This document shows, in pieces, positions 22,322 to 33,700 of a stretch of DNA of 38,910 nt. The first letter of the stretch is position 1. The number at the start of each line of letters is the position of its first letter. The DNA is from Nemertoderma westbladi (lineage: Eukaryota > Animalia > Xenacoelomorpha), in the NCBI GenBank assembly GCA_032718475.1, contig JAUCBJ010003625.1, positions 1 through 38,910 on the forward strand. The letters are read 5' to 3'. The notes under the pieces were generated by a model, which saw only the letters and a program-made list of their open reading frames with translations, ran no database searches and had not been told where the DNA came from. The position numbers were made by a program, and so were the translations under genes.

Positions 22322-25300
22322 TAGCAATATCTTGGGCAGTACCACAAGGAGCAATATCTTGGGCAGTACCACAAGGCACAAGGTGCAATATCTTGGGCAG
22401 TATTAGAAGGTGCAACATCTTGGGCAGTATTAGAAGGAGTAATACCTTGGGCGGTACCACAAGGAGCAATATCTTGGGCAGTACCACAAGGAGCATATCT
22501 TGGGCAGTATTAGGAGAAATACCTTGGCGGTAACACAAGGAGCAATATCTTGGGCAGTATCAGAAGGAGCAATATCTTGGGCAGTATCAGAAGGAGCAAT
22601 ATCTTGGGCAGTATTAGAAGGAGTAATACCTTGGGCGGTACCACAAGGAGCAATATCTTGGGCAATATCAGAAGGTGCAATATCTTGGGCAGTATTAGAA
22701 GGAGTAATACCTTGGGCGGTACCACAAGGAGCAATATCTTGGGCAGTACCACAAGGAGCAATATCTTGGGCAGTATCAGAAGGAGCAATATCTTGGGCAG
22801 TATCAGAAGGAGCAATATCTTGGGCAGTATTAGAAGGAGTAATACCTTGGGCGGTACCACAAGGAGCAATATCTTGGGCAATATCAGAAGGTGCAATATC
22901 TTGGGCAGTATTAGAAGGAGTAATACCTTGGGCGGTACCACAAGGAGCAATATCTTGGGCAATATCAGAAGGTGCAATATCTTGGGCAGTATTAGAAGGA
23001 GTAATACCTTGGCGGTACCACAAGGAACAATATCTTGGGCAGTATGAGAAGGTGCAATATCTTGGGCAGTATTAGAAGGAGTACTACCTTGGGCGGTACC
23101 ACAAGGAGCAATATCTTGGGCAGTACCACAAGAAGCAATATCTTGGGCAGTATTAGAAGGAGTAATATCTTGGCGGTACCACAAGGAGCTATATCTTGGG
23201 CAGTATCAGAAGGTGCAATATATTGGGCAGTATTAGGAGTAATACCTTGGGGGTACCACAAGGAGCAATATCTTGGGCAATATCAGAAGGAGCAATATCT
23301 TGGGCAGTACCACAAGGAGCAATATCTTGGGCAGTATCAGAAGGAGCAATATCTTGGGCAGTATTAGAAGGAGTAATACCTTGGCGGTACCACAAGGAGC
23401 AATATCTTGGGCAGTATCACAAGGAGCAATATCTTGGGCAGTATCACAAGGAGCAATATCTTGGGCAATATCAGAAGGAGCAATATCTTGGGCAGTATCA
23501 GAAGGAGCAATATCTTGGGCAGTATCAGAAGGAGCAATATCTTGGGCAGTATCACAAGGAGCAATATCTTGGGCAATATCAGAAGGAGCAATATCTTGGG
23601 CAGTATCAGAAGGAGCAATATCTTGGGCAGTATCAGAAGGAGCAATATCTTGGGCAGTATCACAAGGAACAATATCTTGGGCAGTACCAGAAGGAGCAAT
23701 TACTTGGGCAGTATCACAAGAAGCAATATCTTGGGCAGTATCAGAAGGAGCAATATCTTGGGCAGTATCACAAGAAGCAATATCTTGGGCAGTATCAATC
23801 TTGGTCAGTATCAGAAGGTGCAATATCTTGGGCAGTACCACAAGGAGCAATATCTTGGGCAGTATCACAAGGAGCAATATCTTGGGCAATATCAGAAGGA
23901 GCAATATCTTGGGCAGTATCAGAAGGAGCAATATCTTGGGCAGTATCAGAAGGAGCAATATCTTGGGCAGTATCACAAGGAACAATATCTTGGGCAGTAT
24001 CAGAAGGAGCAATATCTTGGGCAGTATCACAAGGAACAATATCTTGGGCAGTACCAGAAGGAGCAATTTCTTGGGCAGTATCACAAGGAGCAATATCTTG
24101 GGCAGTATCAGAAGGAGCAATATCTTGGGCAGTATCACAAGAAGCAATATCTTGGGCAGTATCAGAAGGAGCAATATCTTGGTCAGTATCAGAAGGAGCA
24201 ATATCTTGGGCAATATCAGAAGGAGCAATATCTTGGGCAGTATCAGAAGGAGCAATATCTTGGGCAGTATCAGAAGGAGCAATATCTTGGGCAGTATCAC
24301 AAGGAACAATATCTTGGGCAGTACCAGAAGGAGCAATTTCTTGGGCAGTATCAGAAGGAGCAATATCTTGGGCAGTATCACAAGAAGCAATTTCTTGGGC
24401 AGTATCACAAGGAGCAATATCTTGGGCAGTATCAGAAGAAGCAATATCTTGGTCAGTATCAGAAGGTGCAATATCTTGGGCAGTACCACAAGGAGCAATA
24501 TCTTGGGCAGTACCAGAAGGAGCAATTTCTTGGGCAGTATCAGAAGGAGCAATATCTTGGGCAGTATCACAAGAAGCAATATCTTGGACAGTATCAGAAG
24601 GAGCAATATCTTGGGCAGTATCACAAGGAACAATATCTTGGGCAGTACCAGAAGGAGCAATTTATTGGGCAGTATCACAAGGAGCAATATCTTGGGCAGT
24701 GTCAGAAGGAGCAATATCTTGGGCAGTATCACAAGAAGCAATATCTTGGGCAGTATCAGAAGAAGCAATATCTTGGTCAGTATCAGAAGGTGCAATATCT
24801 TGGGCAGTACCACAAGGAGCAATATCTTGGGCAGTACCAGAAGGAGCAATTTCTTGGGCAGTATCAGAAGGAGCAATATCTTGGGCAGTATCACAAGAAG
24901 CAATATCTTGGGCAGTATCAGAAGGAGCAATATCTTGGGCAGTATCACAAGGAACAATATCTTGGGCAGTACCAGAAGGAGCAATTTCTTGGGCAGTATC
25001 ACAAGGAGCAATATCTTGGGCAGTATCAGAAGGAGCAATATCTTGGGCAGTATCACAAGAAGCAATATCTTGGGCAGTATCAGAAGGAGCAATATCTTGG
25101 TCAGTATCAGAAGGTGCAATATCTTGGGCAGTACCACAAGGAGCAATATCTTGGGCAGTACCAGAAGGAGCAATTTCTTGGGCAGTATCACAAGGAGCAA
25201 TATCTTTGGCAGTATCAGAAGGAGCAATATCTTTGGCAGTATCACAAGAAGCAATATCTTGGACAGTATCAGAAGGAGCAATATCTTGGGCAGTATCAGG

Positions 25301-25531
25301 AGCAATATCTTGGGCATTATCAGAAGGAGCAACACCTTGGGCGGTACCACAAGGAGTAATATCTTGGGCATTATCAGAAGGAGCAACACCTTGGGCGGTA
25401 CCACAAGGAGTAATATCTTGGGCAGTATCAGAAGGAGCAATATCTTGGGCAGTATCAGAAGGAGCAATATCTTGGGCAGTACCACAAGGAGCAATATCTT
25501 GGGCAGTACCAGAAGGAGCAATTTCTTGGGC
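22322..25531. repeat. 27-bp minisatellite, ~119 units (GCAATATCTTGGGCAGTATCAGAAGGA) with higher-order structure
   Basis: Direct tandem repetition; the long repetitive ORFs (EQYLGQYQK / GAISWAVSE / RSNILGSIR / LLLILPKIL) follow from the stop-free 27-bp unit. Confidence 0.97.
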
Positions 25532-26696
25532 ACATCATATCAGTCCATAACTTGGAAAAGCCCTGATTGTATTTTAATTTTCCATAATGGTGATTTTTAT
25601 ACGATACGACATCTAAAACTTTATTACAATTATTCTGCTCCTATCAATTTCCAAAAAGAGTACAATTTTATGGGCTACCAAAGCTACTAGATTGATATGA
25701 TTGGCTATAGATTGGATGGATTGTATAGATTAGATGGATTGATATGATTGGCTATTGTTACGGCTACCTACTGATTCTGCTACGCTATTGCGGAATCTTT
25801 TGTCCTGGGTCGCCACACCCAATTTATTATTTTTGTTTTAAACAGCTCATCTTCAAAACAATTACTAATAAAGCGATAACTAATATAACTAAATATATTT
25901 ATTAGACAAGAAAACAACACTGCATTTATTAATAAGCGAATGGAGAACAAATACTTGAAATACGAGGTTATAAAGTAGTAATTCAATCCTTGTCAGAAAT
26001 CGTTAGTTTTCAACAAATTCGGCATAAACGATAAGCATGGATCAATCTACACATTGAATTTAATAAATAAAGTAATAAAATCTATTTATTATAATATTAA
26101 CTACGCACGGTTTGTCAGACAACAGTAAAATTAAAATCAGACCAGTATAAAAATAGCCAACCAGTAAGTAGACTTCTACAATATTTGCAGATTGATTTCA
26201 AATTAAGAGAACTTTAATTATAAAAAATAAAGGCAGTAGAATTTACGTCCGTTTTTTTGACATTTTTTTTCAATTTTATAATCTCTTATCCATATCATTT
26301 TTTTTAAAACAACATTTTCTGTCTGTTTAATTACTTTTTTTTGTTGGAGAAATACTATCTTGCCGAATAAAATATGTTAAAAAACAATTAAGTGATTAAG
26401 AGGTTACAGTGCACGTTAGTCTAACCAAAACAATAAACTAAACTCAATAGAACAGGTTCCAGTCTTACAGTTCTATTATTGGGAGTAATCAGCTGTTATT
26501 TGCGTCTATTTACACCTGGAGAGTCATTAATTTTGATTTGCGTCGAAAGTCCGCCCCCTCTCCCATCTGAACCGAAACCAACCCGCCAACCTGAGTAACA
26601 ATTTAAAAGTAGCTAAATTACTAGCTTGTTAGATCACGGGGCGAGCGCATCAAATAAGGTTTACATAAATATACAAGGGTCATACACGCTGATTAG

Positions 26697-27467
26697 TAGG
26701 GATGTGGCGACTGTCCGCATCCGCATCCGCGGATTTAAGCATGGTTTTTCGCATCCGCATCCGCACCCATGGCATGCGGATGTGACATGTGGATGTTAAT
26801 GCACTATTCAAGCATCCTGTCGGAAGGCCCAGCAACCACTCAATTAAATTTTCAATAATAAATACTGGTAATTAATAGTAATTATAGTAGAATAGTAATA
26901 GTAATGGTAATTAAAAAATACAATAATAATACTTGTTTATTGTTTGACCGACATACATACAGACAGACAAGCAGACTGACTAACAGACATACAAAGAAAC
27001 AGAAGGTCAAGATGCTGTCAAAAGTAAAAACTGACATCGGAAATGAGTTCGCCGACCTGGAAAACCCCCATAGGCATATTTTGGTGAGGATAAATGATTT
27101 TGTTTATTTTTTGACCGACAAACAGACAGACAGACATTTAGACAGTTTCTGTAAGAGGAGCAACCTTATAAGTTCGATTTGGTGTGTACCAATATGTGTA
27201 CACGTACATTGTTGTACACTATACACTAACACTCGACGGGAACAATATAAAAAATGTTTGTTGTTTTATTGTTTAGTTATATTATGTCCCATTCTGTTCT
27301 ATAACCTTAGACGCTTGTTAGTTTATTAATATAAGATTATAATATAATATTAAAATGCTGGTATAACCTTGATGTAAAAGGGAGGCCAGGCAAAAATATA
27401 TATGTTTTAATAGACATCCGCATCTGCATCCGCGGATGTTAAAAATATGAAATTCGCAACATCCCTA
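26697..27467. mobile_element. hAT (Ac/Ds-like) non-autonomous element
   Basis: TIR TAGGGATGT(G/T)GCGA, 8-bp TSD CTGATTAG (26689-26696 / 27468-27475), subterminal CATCCG repeats. Confidence 0.9.
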
Positions 27468-27704
27468 CTGATTAGTGCTTTTCTCACTCACATTTGTCAA
27501 CTTATCGGTGTTCCGAATGCTTAATTATTACCTTTAATATTAAAATGTTTAGCAATATTAAGGAAATTAATATCCTTTGTATGCAATTAATTCCAGTTTG
27601 TTACAGAATCAACCGTTTCTTACTTGTTTCAACTGTCAATTACAAAAAGGATAAATAATCTGACACTGGATGGATACCATCAATGGGGAATGCTCAAGAC
27701 GTGT

Positions 27705-27930
27705 TCAAGAAGTCGGTTGGTTGAAAGTCGGGCATTCAATCTATTGGTTGTAGGTTCGAGCCCTACCAACGCCCATTCACTCACTAAGCCTTTCACCAGG
27801 ACTACCGCCCACTCCTTCCTTCGGGTAGGAGCTATCGAGAGATGAGCATTAGGGTCACCTCCGGCCACGGCCGATTGTTTGCTTTTAGTTTCTATAGGCC
27901 GCAACGCTGTAAAAATGAACTTTGTTGAAT
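27705..27930 (+). mobile_element. Probable tRNA-derived SINE
   Basis: T-arm-like hairpin GTAGG-TTCGAGC-CCTAC with B-box GGTTCGAGCC (~27752-27761), degenerate A-box upstream, GC-rich body; no convincing acceptor stem. Confidence 0.5.
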
Positions 27931-29327
27931 TATGAGGTTGTTACGTTTCACCTGACCGTTTTAATACATTAAATATAATAAAAATTATCACCAGAAGGCT
28001 GATAAGTTGACAAAATGTAACAAAAATAATAAAAACAAACGGATAAAAAAAATAAAAAAATGTTCAAAAAGTGAAAAAAAGGACGTGACGTAATTTTTAA
28101 AAAGATCAAAAAGTTCTGGAACAACAATTATAGTCCCAACATTAAATAAGGAAAATCAGAAGTAACACCGTCTAACAAAATGTTCATCAATTCAATGAAA
28201 ATCATAGGTAAATCTAGACGAATATACCATAACTTTAGTAGATTAACACGGTTAGTGGAATATATTTTATATGATAAGTTATTATCTAAAAAGGTATGTG
28301 TTCACATAATGTGTGTGTGTAGTTGTATGTGGGTGTATGTATGTCTGGATAGAACGTGGCTAGCGACAAATTGTAATTTGTCGCTTAACAATTGTAATTT
28401 GTTAAAAAATATATTACATACATTCTGATTCTAGAAAGCAAATAAAAACGAATAAAACTATAAGCGCCTCTACCTACATGTCCTTACACCCTCATTGAGA
28501 TACACATATACGTCATGTGAACATACCTTAAGTTAATGAAAGTTATGAATATCTCAATTTTTTAAAGTCAATCGGCAAATACTGTGGATTAGCATACAAG
28601 TCTGTATTTACATCATAATTAACGCAATGAATAAAACAGAATTGAGGGTTGAGGAAGTAAAGGCAGTAGACCCACCCCCGTCCCATTTATATAAAAGCGG
28701 GTGTAATTGTGAGGTAAATATAGGCTCTAGGATAGCTTAGTTATTAACTTATGAAAAGAAGCCACTGTTACTGATCAGATAAAACACATACTGCTAACAA
28801 TACATAAACAAACACATATATAAAATTTAGTAATTAGAATTACTTAAGTACAGAAATTAATTCGTAAGTTAATTTTCAATTAATTATCTAATTACCAGAC
28901 ATCGTGATCAACTAAGATGTTGGGGTACATTGAATTAACTCTAAAGTTTAGAAACTAAAATACAAGAAAGTGGTACCTTTCACTTCTATAAGATTCAAAT
29001 TTTCTTGAAATTACCAGATTTTATCAACTAAATATTAAAAAAGTTGTCTAAAAAAACAAACAATTAATTAAACAAAGATACTAAATAAAATAATGTTAAG
29101 TTAATCAAATAAAAGTTTGAAACACTGTTTGTTAAGCAATTTATAGTAATAAAATCAATTAAATCATCCAATTATAAGCAAAACAAAAAATTGAAATTAA
29201 TTAAATGTTAGTCTAAAATACAATCAAATGTTTAGATAGGGTGATGTTGGTGGGTGAAAGTATTACCTACTGTAACTGCATAGATATAGATATATAGATA
29301 ACATTCCCCAAGGTTTGATATAACCTA

Positions 29328-29537
29328 ATTATTCCCAAAAATTACTTTTATCACCAGATTATAAGTAAAATTTATTGAACAATAAATTTATCATAATGGA
29401 AAAGCGTTTTTATGTTTAACACTTTATATCACGCCGGGAAGTGCGATAAACATCACACTTTATCCCGCCGGGATATAAAGTGTAATCGAAGCTGTCAAGT
29501 TCGCTACTAATAAATAAAGATAATTTTTAGGAATAAT
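29328..29537. repeat. Small MITE-like palindromic remnant
   Basis: 17-bp IR ATTATTCC(C/T)AAAAATTA at the ends; internal ACACTTTATATC...GATATAAAGTGT hairpin at 29419-29483. Confidence 0.45.
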
Positions 29538-30737
29538 AATGTTTTTCAACCGAATCGAAAACCCTTACCCGAATAGCTTATCGAATACCCAAAGGAGTTG
29601 ATCAATATATCAATTAGTTAGGGTGTTTGGTCCAGGATTTTGAATAGCACCGTAAAATAAATAAATATATCAAATTATAACCGCGCCTGGTGCATCACCA
29701 CAGTGACCACCGCAAATGCATGCCATATGAGATACTATGTCATGAGTTTCTTTGGTTAAAATAACTAAACTGTATAGCTGGGTGCTTGTGAGATGAATTA
29801 ATTGGTGCGTCATACAATATGAAAATAGTTTATCGGCAAAAGTATTATTTACTTAGAATGTTAAAGAATAAAACTAAAATAACCTTAAATGTATAAAATA
29901 CAAGAAAACTACAACCACTAAATGCAAAAATAAGACTTTTAGCAGACTATTTCTAAATTCCATTTAAAAATTATAAAGGTAAAGTTGGAAAATTTAAGGT
30001 AAAACACATTACAGGAGACTGTAAGAACAACAGCAAGATCAAAACTGAAAAGAAAGAATATTACAATTTATAGTCAGTAAACAAATTGAATGGAATTATC
30101 ACTAACATTATCACATAGGAGGTCAATGACACCAAATACACAAACTTGCGATAGTTAGATAGGCGATTAAAAATAAAACGGCAATGAAAACTGGTCGCCC
30201 AGAATATTCAAGGGATTTCCGCATTTGAAATAAAATAATAATAATAAAAACTTTCATAACGCGCAGAATTTCTTATGTAGGAAGGAATACTAACTGCGGT
30301 AATTTATCAAATAAAAAACCCTCACATATTATTAGTATATTAGATACACAAGTCAATATAGCAGCAAATAATGTCAATGAAACTAAATTAATTAATTAGT
30401 GGCGTATAAATAATGAGAATCAAATAAAGTAAAAAGCGAATTTACTGCCGGGATGAAAGTTTGCCCAACTCCTTAGTACGTAAATGTTCACAATATTTTA
30501 ACTTCCGCATTAGATGAAATAATTAATGACATGTCGTTACAACTTACGATTAATTAATTACTTATTTATAACTAAATAATAAGTAATTAATTAAGTACTC
30601 TTTAGCTAGTAATAGGGTGACTTTAGAGCAAGTTTGGGTGATTTAGGTCGCACCGCACTAAACAAGCACATATTGAACCTGATTGGATCGAGATATTATA
30701 TTAAAAGCAGCACAAACTTGTAAGGAAGATCTATGGG

Positions 30738-33700
30738 CTAATCCTTCCGGGGCTTTCGCGAGTACTTCCTCCGGCGCAGTCTATCTCTAACTGACATGGA
30801 AGATAACTCCTTAACGTATTCGTTAAGGCGGATGTGGAAGAGACCGCCTCGCTGCTCCTCCAGTGAGAGTCTGGCCTCGCGGTGTATAAACGCCCCCATC
30901 ATCTGCGTCTGGTTGAACGGCTTCAGGAAACGCCGCAGCGATTTCGAAGACTTTTTCCTGCGAAAGGCGTCGGCGTCGAAGCGAACCAACCGATCGGTGG
31001 CGCCGCTAGTTAAGTGGTCGTGGAAACCGACTAAAAGTTCCACGAAAAACCGGAGGAACGATTCGACCACGACGGTTCGTTGGGGGCAGTCCCCGCGTTC
31101 CACCGAGTAAATGGAGTTCTCCAAGGCTTCGACCAGCCGGGACGGGAGAAGGGAAGATTCGTCGCCTATAGTCCGGACGAAGGTGCCGCAATCGAGGTCC
31201 ACGAGAAGGACCTCCTCGAGGGGCAGTGTCTCCAACTCGGGGACCCCGATGCTGAGAACCCCGACAACGTACGGCGTCGGGGAGCAGCACATGTCGATGA
31301 GATCCACCGGGAGTACCGGTATGTAGGTGTGCTGCCACTGGAAGGGGTAGAGCAGCGCGGACAGCGCGTGGACGCACTCCGAGAGTTTACTGATCTTACG
31401 AGCCGACAAGATAACCCGTCGTTCTAGAAGCAACGATGCAAACACTTGAATCACCTTGGTGACGGAGAGACTCGAGAACAAGCAATCAAAGTTAACGTGT
31501 TCTAATCGCGAGTCTAGGGGGCGCTGAAGGACTAAGACGCTGCGCTTAAAGTCGACTTTCTGCCAGTCCGGGAGATCCACTTCTATTTTTTCTCCGGCGC
31601 GCGGAAACGGGTGATTAATGACGCTCTTAAGGAAGGCGAAGACCGCGCTGGTAGAGATACTACGGTGTTCCTCGACTTCGTTAAGGATCGCCTCGTAAAG
31701 GCCGAAGCAGCCGAGCGGAGAGATGATGCAGTAGGTCTCGGGAAGCCGGGGGTTGCCGACCCCGGGTGGGCCGCCCCCGACACGCCTCTGGGAGCTGCGG
31801 TTCCCAGCCGCCGCCGGGGGGAGGAACCGCCGGCAGTAGCCGAACAACCGCGACCCGTCCTCCGAGGTCAGCACGAAGGAAAAGGTCTCGCTGCGGTACG
31901 CCTCTACCGGGGCCCAGAGCCGCGCGTCCGGGAAGCAGAAGGAAGGGATGGCGTCGAGTTTGTCGCAGGGATCGGAACCCGAAGGATCCGGGGGGAACCG
32001 GTAGATAATCGCGGGTTGGTAACCCGCCGCCCCGTCCGGGGACTTATTGAGTCCGACGACGAAAACGTAGTCGAACAGCTGTTGGTATTTGTCTTCGGCG
32101 TTTCTCCGGTCCAACGAGACGCATTTCATCGCGTCGACGACCGAGTCGCGATCCTCCAACGAGGTCAGGGAGGCGACGTCGCTTCCCGAGGGCCCCGCTG
32201 GATGGCGTCGTAACCCCGAGAACGCGGCAGCGATCCGCTGTCGCAACCCGATTCCTCGCTCCCCCGACGCCGAGGACAACTCGCTGCGATCCGTTAGCTG
32301 CGATACGTTGGACTCGGCGCGGGACTTTCCCTCGGATCTCGTGTCCGACGAGGGTTCCTCGCTGTGCTCCGCCGCGTTCCGACGCGATCGCATCGATTTG
32401 GAACGCCGCAGAACGTTCCCCAACGTGCGCGTCTTCATGTTGAAGGTCCGACGGAACTCGGAACGCCCATGACGCAGCGTTCCGTCCGACTGCGGCTGCG
32501 ACGGCGGGGAACGCAAGTAATCCCCGATCGTGTTGTTCCGAGCCAGGGGTTCTGAACGTGTGAGATCAGAATCCCCGGACAGATCCGTATAGAACGTTGC
32601 CGGACGATTCATTTGCAAATTATTCGTCTCAGCAGCTGAAACGGAAGTACCGCTAATATTATTATTAACTTTACTAGGCCTACCTGCTACTGTACTACGG
32701 TTCCTATTTGCACTGCCATTCACCTCCTTATCAGTTGGACTTCGCCCTCGAATAGTTTGTTTATTATCTCGGCTACCCGTGTGGTTCACTCGTTCAACTA
32801 ATCTCAGAGTATCTCGCATTAATACCGCGTCCGCTGGGCGCCCCCTTGCCCCCTGCTGCCCCCCTGTTCGCTCCTTCAGCTGCTCCAGATCGTACGCGAA
32901 TGTGCGCGCGGGTTTGGGCGGCGGGGTAGCCTCCGCGCGCACCGGGCGTCCCAACTCTCTAACCGCTCGATTTATTACCTCCAACAGTTCCGCCTCGCTG
33001 CTGTGGTTCACCGACCGTTTATACGGCCGATGTCGGAAACTCAGATCCGACAGACTTTTAGGCTTCCCTTCCGGGCGCGACTCCCTCGCCGGGAGCGCGT
33101 CGCAACTTCTCCTTGAGACCTTCTCCGATGAGATCGCCTCGGTAGAGTCGCAGCTGAGGTACGTGGTCTCGCTGCTGGACTCCACGTTGCCGCTGTCCAC
33201 TTCCGAAGGTTTCTCTCGCGGCGAGAACCGATTCGGGAGCAACTCGGCCGAGTTGCGCTTCCCGCGGTTGTCGTTCGGAGGCGGATTGGCGACGGAGTAT
33301 CGGCTGCGGACGATTCGCGGCTCGGCAGCGGAGGCGTCGAGGCCGCGGTAGACCGCGTCCACGATGGACGAGCGTACAGAGCGACGAGCCTCCTTGTCGA
33401 ATTGGTAGGTGGAAACGTCGAAGTTCTCCGCGAACATTCGGACGTAGGGGCGGGGGGATTGGCGTCCGAGGGGGGAGATGGAACGGCGGTGGTTGGAGGA
33501 GCGGAAGTCGGTGTCCTCCGGGAGGGAGTGCCGGGCTGGCTGACGGAGAGGAACTCGGAGCGACGCGGGTTGACGGACCGGGGCCGTCGAATTTACTGCG
33601 TCCCGTACCGCCGCCGCCGTCTGGCCTACCGGCACGGGATTACGTACCAATCGCTCCACGGCGCTGCGTTTTGAGTCGGAGGTGTTCGCCCGCCGTCGGG

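Noticed and set aside
22322-25531. CRISPR-like array
   Set aside because: Repeats are contiguous with no unique spacers; eukaryotic context; no cas genes
22430-25690. 650-805 aa repetitive ORFs
   Set aside because: Same artefact; frames switch at indels and overlap on both strands, so no selection on one frame is evident
27705-27775. Functional tRNA gene (including a UCA/Sec-type reading)
   Set aside because: Only the T-arm is convincing; acceptor and anticodon stems do not pair, and there is no long variable arm
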